NCBI GenBank assembly: GCA_001794635.1
Contig: MGKE01000002.1
Location: forward strand, 13,921 to 77,920
DNA: 64,000 bases
From: Candidatus Yanofskybacteria bacterium RIFCSPLOWO2_01_FULL_39_28
GTDB taxonomy: Bacteria; Patescibacteriota; Minisyncoccia; 2-02-FULL-40-12; GWA2-44-9
Direction of reading: 5' to 3'
The notes under the pieces are model-generated. The model saw only the letters and a list, made by a program, of their open reading frames with translations. It had not been told where the DNA came from and made no database searches. Position numbers and translations under genes: made by a program. Within the stretch, counting starts at the first letter, position 1; each line of letters starts with the position of its first letter. Positions 34,532 to 43,121 of the stretch are shown here, one piece after another.

Positions 34532-35664
34532 GATTTAAAGAATTCCTTTATTTTGTTGCAGACGTATTTTATTTGGCCACTTTTCAATGTTACGTAAAGA
34601 GGGAGAGTGATACAGGTGTTATGGTAAGTGTCTGCGTTTTTAAGAGTTAAGCTACGGTAACCATTTTGTTGATAGTAGGGATGTGAATATACAGATGGAT
34701 AATGGAAGTTTACGCCAACACCATTTTGCTTAAGAAAATTAGCCAGAGCATTTCTTTTTGATGATTCTTTGGTTCTGATTATAAAGATATGATTTGCCGA
34801 CTGGACATTTTTGATTATGGCCGGAGTGGCGATTTCTTTTACATTGGCCAGTTCTTTCTTGTAAGTATCAAAGACACGTTGCCTTGCTTTAATAAACTTG
34901 TCCAGTTTTTTAAGCTGGCTTATACCTAAAGCCGCTTGAATATCGGTAATTCTGTAGTTATAACCTAAGTCAGTCATAACATTAAAACCATTTTTGTCTT
35001 TATTTATGCCGTGTGTTCTAAGATGAGCTAGTTTTTTATACAATTCGTAGTTGTTTGTCAGAATAGCTCCGCCTTCGCCAGTAGTGATTGATTTAACCGG
35101 ATGAAAACTGAAAATCGACATATCGCCGATACTGCCTATTTTTTTATTTTTATAAGAAGCGCCTAAGGCGTGGCAAGCATCTTCAATTACAAACAAGCCG
35201 TGTTTTTTAGCTATACTTGATATTTTGTCCATTTCGCAAGGATGTCCGGCGAAGTGAACAGGGACGATGGCTTTGGTTTTTGGTGTAATCAATTCTTCAA
35301 TTTTGTTTTCGTCAATATTGTGGTTGTCCAATCTTATATCGCAAAAAACCGGCTTTGCGCCAACAGCCACAAGCATATTGGAAGTGGCAACAAACGTGTT
35401 GGGTGTTGTTATAACTTCATCGCCATGTTTTAAGCCGATTGCCAAATATGCTAAATGAAGAGCAGCGGTTCCGTTTGAAACAGCCACGGCATATTTTGCA
35501 TTGCAATATTTTGCTAATGACTCCTCAAACTGTTTTACTGCCGGACCTTGGGTCAGCCAATCAGAACGAAGAACCTTAACAACGGCTTTAATGTCGGCAT
35601 TATCAATTGCCTGTCGTCCGTAGGGGATGAAGTCATTTTTGTTTTTAGACCCTTTTTCCATCAT
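34528..35664 (-). CDS. DegT/PseC-type PLP-dependent sugar aminotransferase
   Basis: IPYGRQAI...LRSDWLTQGP start and the Schiff-base lysine context FSFHPVKSITTGEGG. Confidence 0.85.
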   Translation of the reverse strand: MMEKGSKNKNDFIPYGRQAIDNADIKAVVKVLRSDWLTQGPAVKQFEESLAKYCNAKYAVAVSNGTAALHLAYLAIGLKHGDEVITTPNTFVATSNMLVAVGAKPVFCDIRLDNHNIDENKIEELITPKTKAIVPVHFAGHPCEMDKISSIAKKHGLFVIEDACHALGASYKNKKIGSIGDMSIFSFHPVKSITTGEGGAILTNNYELYKKLAHLRTHGINKDKNGFNVMTDLGYNYRITDIQAALGISQLKKLDKFIKARQRVFDTYKKELANVKEIATPAIIKNVQSANHIFIIRTKESSKRNALANFLKQNGVGVNFHYPSVYSHPYYQQNGYRSLTLKNADTYHNTCITLPLYVTLKSGQIKYVCNKIKEFFKS

Positions 35665-36737
35665 ATATTTTTTATATCCTTTCCAGTGAAAGAATCAAGC
35701 ACGTTTTTAAAATCTTTATAATAAGGCGAGTTTGGATCGGTTACTTCGTAGTGCATTTGTTTTTTATTGGACACGAAAGGTCTTAAGTGTCTACGGTATA
35801 GTGTTTTTAAAACAGGAAAGGCGGTTGTGGTTTTGGCTCTTAATGATTTAAATATAGCAAGATTTGTGGTCGGTTTGTTATTTGTTCCCAGAGCTTTTTG
35901 TTCATCAGCCATGGCTAGTTGCAAGTATTCCCAAAAAGCTTTTTTTACAACATCTTGTGCTTGTATATCATTTATATTATCCATCTCAGTAATTTTTTTT
36001 GAGATGTGGCTTTTGAATGTTTCGTAGTTATTATGGAACTCTTTTTCGGTCAGCCAGTCTATCATAAGATTTGCGTGATATTGCCGATCGTGGATTTGTC
36101 TTATTACTCCCAGGCAGTCCATTAATTTAACTTTTCCGGATACTGCGCAATAGCACACTTGAAACAATTCACTCCAGGTAGTTATTATGGGCAAAGGAAC
36201 GACCCATATTTTTTTCAGATGATCAATACGATTTACCGAGAAGGTAATAACGTAACATTTTTTCATAAAATCAAATAATCTTTGGGCAGCCGTTTCCGAC
36301 TCCAGCGAATGATTGGGATAATCTGCCAATCTTTTTATTTCTCCATATGGTCCGCTGGTTTTGAGACGGAAAGATACGCCGTAGCCACCGGCTGCTATAT
36401 AGTCTGGATTTTTATCTAAAAATTCAGCGCCCCTGGTTAGGGTTGAAGGTATTTCATAGTCGTCATCGCCGTTGATGACAGCATATTTTTCTTTTACTAA
36501 AGACAGTGTTTTGTCTGTAACTTCTAAACCTGGCGGGTACCAATTATAATGGACTTCCAGCCCATCTTTTATTTTATCTATAAATGAAGTTATTTTTTTG
36601 ACATTTTCAGGATTGCTGGAGTCGGATAAATAAACAGGATGCGGTGACTTCATTTTTGCATAATAACTGAGCGTCCTAATAAGGAAGTCGGGGCGATCCA
36701 TGGTGGATATTAGTATGGCTACTTTGGGGCTGGTCAT
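35661..36737 (-). CDS. GT-A-like glycosyltransferase-domain protein, paralogue 1 of 3
   Basis: VAILISTMDRPDF and NGDDDYEIP (DxD). I prefer the ATG at 36737 over the track TTG at 36764 by alignment with paralogue N-termini (MSTRVAIIIPTMNRP, MAKVAIIIPTMNRP). Confidence 0.6.
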   Translation of the reverse strand: MTSPKVAILISTMDRPDFLIRTLSYYAKMKSPHPVYLSDSSNPENVKKITSFIDKIKDGLEVHYNWYPPGLEVTDKTLSLVKEKYAVINGDDDYEIPSTLTRGAEFLDKNPDYIAAGGYGVSFRLKTSGPYGEIKRLADYPNHSLESETAAQRLFDFMKKCYVITFSVNRIDHLKKIWVVPLPIITTWSELFQVCYCAVSGKVKLMDCLGVIRQIHDRQYHANLMIDWLTEKEFHNNYETFKSHISKKITEMDNINDIQAQDVVKKAFWEYLQLAMADEQKALGTNNKPTTNLAIFKSLRAKTTTAFPVLKTLYRRHLRPFVSNKKQMHYEVTDPNSPYYKDFKNVLDSFTGKDIKNI

Positions 36738-36748
36738 GGTATTTAAGG

Positions 36749-36787
36749 TATCAATTAGTATCAAGTGGTGTCAATAGGTGTTATCAA
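36749..36787. promoter_or_regulatory. Four phased direct repeats, T(A/G)TCAA, in a divergent intergenic region
   Basis: Hexamers start at 36749, 36759, 36769 and 36782, a spacing of 10, 10 and 13 nt. They read TTGATA/TTGACA on the minus strand. Confidence 0.35.
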
Positions 36788-36836
36788 CTGATAATATGGA
36801 CATTATTATTCCTTAATTATATATTAAAAACCATCT

Positions 36837-37967
36837 ATGAGCACAAGAGTCGCCATTATAATCCCCACCATGAACCGCCCCGATTTTATATTGAGGCAGC
36901 TTAGATTTTACGAACTAATGAACAGTCCTCATCCGGTTTATTTATCTGATTCTAGTAATGAAGAAAACGCCAGTAAATTAAAAGATGGACTCAAGGAAAT
37001 TAAAAAATTTGATGTTATTTATCAATGGGTTCCTCCGGGGAGAGATAATCTCTATTTATTACTGCCTCTAGTAAAAGAAAAATACTGCATCCAGATGGGA
37101 GATGACGACATTATGATTCCAGAAACAATATCGGAGTGTGCCGACTTTCTTGAATCTCATCCTGGTTACTCAACTTGCTCAGGCAAACAAGTGAATATCC
37201 GTTTTCAGAAAGAGGATTACAATAAACCCTATGGTATTATTGAGCGTCAAACACAGCCATTGGGCAGATCGCTTGAGAACGATAATATGCTCGCAAGGAT
37301 TAAAGAATTCTGGCTTGACTTAACACTCGTTAATTCTAAGGTTTCTTTCAATAATATAGCTTTTATTTGTTTTGTGGTTAGAAGCGTTGAATTAGAAAAA
37401 TCAATTAGAAATATCACCAAGCATTTCTCTTTAACCGAACATATAATGGAGTTTTTATTAGTATCAATACTGGTGATTTCGGGAAAATTTAAAGTACTTG
37501 ATAAATTAATGTATGTAATGCAGGTAAGCGGTAATCGCTATCTTTTTGATTATGACGGCACTACCAGTAATTTTTTAGTATCGCCTGATTTTTATGAAAA
37601 ATGGAAAATTTGCGAAAAAGAATTTTCAGAATTTGTTCAAAAACAAGGAAAATCAGAAAAAGAAAGTTTAAAAATTGTGAAGTGGATCTTTGTCCTTTAT
37701 CTTACTCGTCATTTTCTTCAAGAAAGTGAAGATTGGGCCTCTTTAGGCCTGAAAATAGATCAACCTCAACCCAATCTTGCCGGGAAAACTATTCAGTCAA
37801 GACAAAGTCTGTTTAAAAAAGCAAGATCTTTTGCTTCACGCTCAAAGCTTCTTAGAAGATTGTATTATAAACATCATGTCTCAATTGACGTTACCAAACC
37901 GGAATCAAAATATTATAATGATTTCAAGCTAGTTAAAGACTTCTTAGAAAAAAACGCCAATGGCTAA
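36837..37967 (+). CDS. GT-A-like glycosyltransferase-domain protein, paralogue 2 of 3
   Basis: VAIIIPTMNRPDF and MGDDDIMIP. The C-terminal KPESKYYNDFKLVKDFLE is shared with the other paralogues. Confidence 0.6.
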   Translation: MSTRVAIIIPTMNRPDFILRQLRFYELMNSPHPVYLSDSSNEENASKLKDGLKEIKKFDVIYQWVPPGRDNLYLLLPLVKEKYCIQMGDDDIMIPETISECADFLESHPGYSTCSGKQVNIRFQKEDYNKPYGIIERQTQPLGRSLENDNMLARIKEFWLDLTLVNSKVSFNNIAFICFVVRSVELEKSIRNITKHFSLTEHIMEFLLVSILVISGKFKVLDKLMYVMQVSGNRYLFDYDGTTSNFLVSPDFYEKWKICEKEFSEFVQKQGKSEKESLKIVKWIFVLYLTRHFLQESEDWASLGLKIDQPQPNLAGKTIQSRQSLFKKARSFASRSKLLRRLYYKHHVSIDVTKPESKYYNDFKLVKDFLEKNANG

Positions 37968-39063
37968 AGTCGCTATTATAATTCCTACCATGAACCGTCC
38001 CGACTTTATGTTGAGGCAGCTTGAGTTTTATGAACTAATGAATAGCCCGCACCCGGTTTACATTTTAGACAGCAGCAATCCGGAGAATGCCGAAAAACTA
38101 AAGAACGGCGTAGAAAAATATAAAAATTTAAATGTAGTTTATAAATGGTTTCCACCCGGTAATGATTATGAATATCAACTATTGCCTCTGGTAAAAGAAA
38201 AGTATTGTATACAAATTGGAGACGATGATCTTATTTTCCCCAGTACGATTTCTGAGTGTGCAGATTTTTTAGAATCTTATCCCGATTATGCTACCTGCGC
38301 AGGTAAGCAGGTAAATGTTAGATTTAGAAAACATGATCGTATTAAACCCTACGGTATTATTGAGCATCAAACACGGCCATTAGGCAGATCGATTGAAGAT
38401 GAAAATATGCTTGTAAGGGCAAAAAACTTCTGGCTTGATCAGACTTTTCTCGGTCTTTCTGTTAGAAGGATTGAGACAGAAAGAGCGATCCGTAATATTA
38501 CGAAAAACTTTTTTATGATGGGTGATATGACAGAATTTTTGATAATGTCTGTTCTGATAACTTCCGGAAAATCTAAATCACTTGATAAATTAGGACAGGT
38601 TATGCAATTAAGCGACCTCCGATCTTTTGATCACGGCCTTGTTGAAGATTTTTTATTGTATTCGCATATCGTTGAAGAATGGAAAATTTGCCTAGATGGA
38701 TTTTCTGAAATTCTGACGGAAAAAGGATTATCAAAAAAAGAAAGCCAAGATGCTATTAAGGGTATATTCATTGTTTTTCTTTACCAACAATATACCACAG
38801 AAAGATTTTGGCTAGCCATTGGCAACAAAAAATCCTCATTTGCATGGCCTGACCAGTTAAAGCAAGATCTGTCAAATACTTTTTCAAAACAAGGGACGAA
38901 GGGATTATTTAAAAAGATTAGGCACAGGGCTTCTCATTTGCCATTTCTTAGAAGTATCTACTACAAATTTAACCCTCCTGATTATGTTGATAAACCAGAA
39001 TCAAAATACTTTGATGATTTCAAAGTAGTTAAGGACTTTCTGGAGGGAAGAGCTAATAAATAA
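37960..39063 (+). CDS. GT-A-like glycosyltransferase-domain protein, paralogue 3 of 3
   Basis: VAIIIPTMNRPDF and IGDDDLIFP. The 5' region is about 85% identical in nucleotide sequence to paralogue 2. There is an 8-nt overlap with paralogue 2. Confidence 0.6.
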   Translation: MAKVAIIIPTMNRPDFMLRQLEFYELMNSPHPVYILDSSNPENAEKLKNGVEKYKNLNVVYKWFPPGNDYEYQLLPLVKEKYCIQIGDDDLIFPSTISECADFLESYPDYATCAGKQVNVRFRKHDRIKPYGIIEHQTRPLGRSIEDENMLVRAKNFWLDQTFLGLSVRRIETERAIRNITKNFFMMGDMTEFLIMSVLITSGKSKSLDKLGQVMQLSDLRSFDHGLVEDFLLYSHIVEEWKICLDGFSEILTEKGLSKKESQDAIKGIFIVFLYQQYTTERFWLAIGNKKSSFAWPDQLKQDLSNTFSKQGTKGLFKKIRHRASHLPFLRSIYYKFNPPDYVDKPESKYFDDFKVVKDFLEGRANK

Positions 39064-39065
39064 AA

Positions 39066-39089
39066 AACACACCATTATTGAGGTGTGTT
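39066..39089. terminator. Bidirectional intrinsic terminator between convergent genes
   Basis: AACACACC-ATTATTGA-GGTGTGTT with A/T-rich flanks. Confidence 0.6.
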
Positions 39090-40046
39090 GAATATATCAT
39101 ATCGTTGACTTGTCTCGTTCCTGTGAGATAAATACCACTCTATTGTATCTTTTATCCCTTGTTCTAGGGTGATTTGCGGTTCAAAACCCAATGATCTGGC
39201 GCGGGAAATGTCTAATATTCTTTGGGGGTCACCGCCGAACTTGGATGTGCCCCACTCAATTCTGGGTTTATTAGGGACATTTTCAACAATCGTTTCAACC
39301 AATGACTTGATGGAGATTCCGATGCCGCTGCCTAAATTTACAGGTTGGCTTGGATTTTTTTCAGCTATTAAGAGCATGCCTCTGGCTATATCTTGGACAT
39401 GAATAAAATCCCTAATCGTTGAGCCGTCACCCCAGACGGTCATTGGATTTTCGGTAAGCGCTCGTTTTATTAGAGAAGGCACTACCATAGCATTTTCGGA
39501 ATCAAAATTATCGTAGGGGCCGTAAATATTAGCAGGTCTTATAATAGTCACATTCCAGTTGTGTTCTCTGCGAAGAGCATTGGCATACCATTCACCGAAG
39601 AGTTTTGTCCGACCGGCAAAATCTGCGGGCGGTGGAGGCGTGTGTTCCGTATCGTCTTCGTTTAGAACTGGAGCCGGATAGTATACCCCAACTGAACTAG
39701 TGTATAAAAATCCAGCTACTTTTGCCTCCCTTGCCGCATCAAACAAGTGCGTATTGAATAAAACCATTGGGCGCATAATAGAAGCCGGATAGTTTTTGAC
39801 AATTTCCGGAGAGCCTTTAGCGCAGAGAAGATTAAATACATAATCCATATCTTTACAGACTTTTAGGCAGTTATCATAATTAGTCAGGTCGGTTTGGTGA
39901 AAATCTGCTTTTGGATGTGAGCGAGACTCGTCATCCATTGAAGCGATTCTTAAATGTGCGCCCTTAGCATCAAGCAGTTTACATAATTGGATGCCAACCA
40001 TACCGGTTCCACCGGCTATTAAAACATTTTTGTCTTTAAAAAACAT
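39075..40046 (-). CDS. Fcl-family NAD(P)-dependent sugar epimerase/reductase
   Basis: VLIAGGTGMVG, then NIYGPYDNFDSENAMVVPSLI and TVWGDGSTIRDFIHVQD, which parallel GDP-fucose synthase motifs. Confidence 0.7.
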   Translation of the reverse strand: MFFKDKNVLIAGGTGMVGIQLCKLLDAKGAHLRIASMDDESRSHPKADFHQTDLTNYDNCLKVCKDMDYVFNLLCAKGSPEIVKNYPASIMRPMVLFNTHLFDAAREAKVAGFLYTSSVGVYYPAPVLNEDDTEHTPPPPADFAGRTKLFGEWYANALRREHNWNVTIIRPANIYGPYDNFDSENAMVVPSLIKRALTENPMTVWGDGSTIRDFIHVQDIARGMLLIAEKNPSQPVNLGSGIGISIKSLVETIVENVPNKPRIEWGTSKFGGDPQRILDISRARSLGFEPQITLEQGIKDTIEWYLSHRNETSQRYDIFNTPQ

Positions 40047-40111
40047 TTCGGACTCCTTATAAAAGTTCTGAATATAGGATACATTAAATTATTAAAAAGT
40101 CTAGCTTAAAA

Positions 40112-40136
40112 TTAAAACACCGCTTTTAGCGGTGTT
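40112..40136 (-). terminator. Intrinsic terminator after 40176..42329
   Basis: On the minus strand, AACACCGC-TAAA-GCGGTGTT is followed by TTAATTTT. Confidence 0.6.
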
Positions 40137-40175
40137 ATTGTGCTTTTAACTTTTTATTTTTAACTTTTAACTTGT

Positions 40176-42329
40176 TTAGTGGTGTCCTGCCAGATCTGGT
40201 ATTGGATTTTTGTTTCCGTACAGGTAAGCGCCTCGGCGATTGCACCACCAGACCATCTTTTCATACCACTCTTCCCATGAGTCCCATCTGGCGTTGGTGT
40301 TAGCCGAATCAGTTTTCGTAGTTCTATCAATTGTGTAGCTGTATGTTCCTTGTTTAAGCTCCAACTTTTGTTCTATGAGAGCTGCCCTATAAATTTCCCA
40401 AACATTGTAAGATAAAGATAACTCTAAGTCACTTGTCTGGAACGGTAATTTAATCAAAGATCCGTTTAGACTCATAGCGTCCAAAAGTGGTCCATTTGAA
40501 TGATCAGAACCTGTTAAATTAACCATCATTTCTTGAGCTTCTTCATATAGTTGTCTAAACTTATCTTCTCTGCAGATTTTAATAAATGCATATTCATCCG
40601 GTGGCCACAGAATGTCAAGACACTCCTTTGAATGGTAGAATTCTTCTTGCGTGCCATTTTGGATACCTCTTGAAAATTCATGGAAGAAATCCAGGATTTC
40701 AGCAAAAACCGGAAACTTATCTGAATGTTGAGAGTTTTCCATAAACGTTTCAAATATTCTGCGATAAGGAATTCCATAAACTTCATGCAAGATCATAATC
40801 GGTATCTGGAGGAGTTTGTTGAAATATATCAGTCCTACCATATAGCAAAACGATCGGGTTTTAACCCATGCTTCTCTGGGCATGGTGTTAGTTGCTATGA
40901 CAAGTTCTTGGTATTCCTCAATGCCACTGATAGATGCATTTTTCTTGCCGTGGATATTGGTTATCGGTGTTCTAACCGTTTCCATTCCGTACTCTTCTTG
41001 ATATTCGGGATCGCCCATTTCTGCGTTAGGTAATATGGAAAGATTATTAAACTGAATTCTGTCGTGCTGTCCATCTTCTATGATCTCAGAAACTCCATTC
41101 AATACGCTTTCATATGTTTCCATTGGCATACCTAAGATGTAGTCCGTCATTGTATATACACCTTTAGCTCTTAGTTCCTTCTGAATTCCTTGGTAATCTT
41201 CCGTTTTCATATTTTCTCTTCGAACAGCCTTTAGGGTATCAAAATTTTTTGACTGGATTGACATTACTGTAGCTTTGTTAAGTCCGGCTTTTTCCAGAAT
41301 TTCAAGGGCTACAAATGAGTGGGGCTTGGGATTTTTTGCATTTTGAACAGATATTCCCTCCGGAAAACCAGTAGCCAGTTTAGCGTCAGCTAATGTTTGC
41401 GCAATTTGCACGTCCTGTTTGGGAAGACCAAAATTAGCATTGGCAATAAAAATATAAGGAACTCTTTTATTTGCGAACCACCAAGCTTCTTGCATAACCC
41501 GATCAATTGGGAAGAGGCTTACTTTGTCCTCTATGGCTCCGCCCCAATCGCAGTAAGTACATTGGTAGGGACATCCCCGGTCAGTTTCCCACATAGCAAT
41601 CCATTTTTGATCAGGATACGCCGTTAGGAGTGCATCAAATGTTCCGCTTAGATATGGAGAGGGGACACCCGATAAGTCATGCATTCGTTCAAGTTTAGGA
41701 TTGTGGCGGAAGATTCCCTCATTGTCTATATAACTTATTGAAGGCAGATTAGATTTATTGGCAAGCCCGTCAATGGCTACTTGTTCTAAAATATGGCGGA
41801 ACACTCTTTCACCTTCACCATGAACAGCGATGTCTATGTAAGGATGATTCCTGTGAAATTTTTCGGTCATGCCCATTCTTTTACGTTTTAATTCATCTGG
41901 CCTGGGATCAGTTTTTTTGATTCTCTGGAATTGTTTTTTACTATCTGGAACATGAGGACCGCCGACAATCACTAATCTGTCCGGGTACCGTCTTTTAAAT
42001 TCTCTGGCTATGGCCATAGAATTTTCAAAGTTCCAGACGTATAAACTGATGGCTAGTAAATCGGCATCACTTAGCTTTTCAAGCGCTTCCTCAATTGGCA
42101 TAAAAGTATACAACGACAAAAGAAACCTGAAATAATCAGGATAGGATAAGTATGTCTGGGCATAAATCTGATTCATGCCCACTGAAAGAGGAAAATAGCA
42201 TTGTTCAGAAAAGCTATTATTTAACTGTATTAGTCCAATATTTATTTTCTTTGCCGGTGGTTTTACGGCGATTGGCAAAGGCGGACTTTCATTCGGCTGG
42301 ATAACTTTGAGCATTTTCGGCTCTGACAT
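40176..42329 (-). CDS. Cobalamin-binding-domain (class B) radical SAM enzyme with a long C-terminal extension
   Basis: WETDRGCPYQCTYCDWG after a B12-type domain (LLAISLYVWNF...LVIVGGPHVP). The C-terminal extension is about 250 aa. Confidence 0.8.
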   Translation of the reverse strand: MSEPKMLKVIQPNESPPLPIAVKPPAKKINIGLIQLNNSFSEQCYFPLSVGMNQIYAQTYLSYPDYFRFLLSLYTFMPIEEALEKLSDADLLAISLYVWNFENSMAIAREFKRRYPDRLVIVGGPHVPDSKKQFQRIKKTDPRPDELKRKRMGMTEKFHRNHPYIDIAVHGEGERVFRHILEQVAIDGLANKSNLPSISYIDNEGIFRHNPKLERMHDLSGVPSPYLSGTFDALLTAYPDQKWIAMWETDRGCPYQCTYCDWGGAIEDKVSLFPIDRVMQEAWWFANKRVPYIFIANANFGLPKQDVQIAQTLADAKLATGFPEGISVQNAKNPKPHSFVALEILEKAGLNKATVMSIQSKNFDTLKAVRRENMKTEDYQGIQKELRAKGVYTMTDYILGMPMETYESVLNGVSEIIEDGQHDRIQFNNLSILPNAEMGDPEYQEEYGMETVRTPITNIHGKKNASISGIEEYQELVIATNTMPREAWVKTRSFCYMVGLIYFNKLLQIPIMILHEVYGIPYRRIFETFMENSQHSDKFPVFAEILDFFHEFSRGIQNGTQEEFYHSKECLDILWPPDEYAFIKICREDKFRQLYEEAQEMMVNLTGSDHSNGPLLDAMSLNGSLIKLPFQTSDLELSLSYNVWEIYRAALIEQKLELKQGTYSYTIDRTTKTDSANTNARWDSWEEWYEKMVWWCNRRGAYLYGNKNPIPDLAGHH

Positions 42330-42360
42330 ATAACCTCATTTTTAACGAGCTTTGCTGATT

Positions 42361-42389
42361 TTTATAACATAATATTTATAGCATGTAAA
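42361..42389 (-). promoter_or_regulatory. Sigma70-like promoter for 40176..42329
   Basis: On the minus strand, TTTACA-N17-TATAAA, followed by the AATCAGCAAAGCTCGTTAAAAATGAGG leader. Confidence 0.45.
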
Positions 42390-42422
42390 CAAAACCCCTA
42401 AGAGGAATTAACCTCTTAGGGG
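42386..42422 (-). terminator. Intrinsic terminator at the stop codon of the PhyH gene 42408..43121
   Basis: On the minus strand, CCCCTAAGAGG-TTAATT-CCTCTTAGGGG is followed by TTTTGTTT. Confidence 0.8.
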
Positions 42423-43121
42423 CTGGGGTTTTCTGTTGGCGCTTTGCGCTTTTGAAGTATACGTTTGTCCGTGAACAATGCATAAAATTCCCATGTTAAG
42501 CCTAGATCGGGTAGGGGAATTGTTAGCGTGTGAACCATGGATTAAGTTGCCATGCTGGATATACAAGTCACCCTGATTCATTAACAGATCTACTTTTCTA
42601 TTAATAAATTCTGTTGGAATTTCGCATTTGTTGCCGAGATTTTCGTTTGGGGCATAGGTTGAATGTGGCTCATGTTCTAATATCGGAAGTTTGTGGGAAC
42701 CCGGGTAAGCATATAGACACCCGTTTTCCCGATCAGCATCTTCTAGGGCAACTATTGCCGAAACACCCATTCCGTAGGGGTATCGAGTGTAATGATTGTC
42801 TTGATGTGGATTCCAACCTTTGGTGAACGGAGAACCTGGTATTCTGAAATGAATTTGGCAGCCGAGCCAATCAATGGGCATATTATTGTGCAAGGTCTCA
42901 ACTACATCAGCGATTCTGCCATCAGTTATGAAATTCTTAATCTCTGGCGATTCGTGATCGGGACTCATCCTGACTTTATATGTCAGATCCGCCGTTTTCA
43001 AAGCCAGCTCTATAAGTTTTTTACATTCATCTGGCCCAAATAGTTTTTTAACAATTAAATAGCCATTGTCGTTGTAAGAATTAATATCTTGGCTAGTTAA
43101 AATTATTTTTTTTGGGAACAT
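42408..43121 (-). CDS. PhyH-family Fe(II)/2-oxoglutarate dioxygenase
   Basis: GYLIVKKLF start, the HxD motif in WNPHQDNHY and a distal His in GNLIHGSHAN. TAATG overlap with the upstream rSAM gene. Confidence 0.85.
   Translation of the reverse strand: MFPKKIILTSQDINSYNDNGYLIVKKLFGPDECKKLIELALKTADLTYKVRMSPDHESPEIKNFITDGRIADVVETLHNNMPIDWLGCQIHFRIPGSPFTKGWNPHQDNHYTRYPYGMGVSAIVALEDADRENGCLYAYPGSHKLPILEHEPHSTYAPNENLGNKCEIPTEFINRKVDLLMNQGDLYIQHGNLIHGSHANNSPTRSRLNMGILCIVHGQTYTSKAQSANRKPQPLRG

Noticed and set aside
36738-36764. The ORF-track TTG start at 36764 for GT-A-like paralogue 1. Similar long starts occur at 56774 (HAD), 58064 (DJ-1), 59022 (E1 beta-like) and 1728 (membrane protein).
   Set aside because: Internal ATG codons align with paralogue or family N-termini, or create ATGA/TAATG coupling with the upstream gene. 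The extensions add non-conserved residues.
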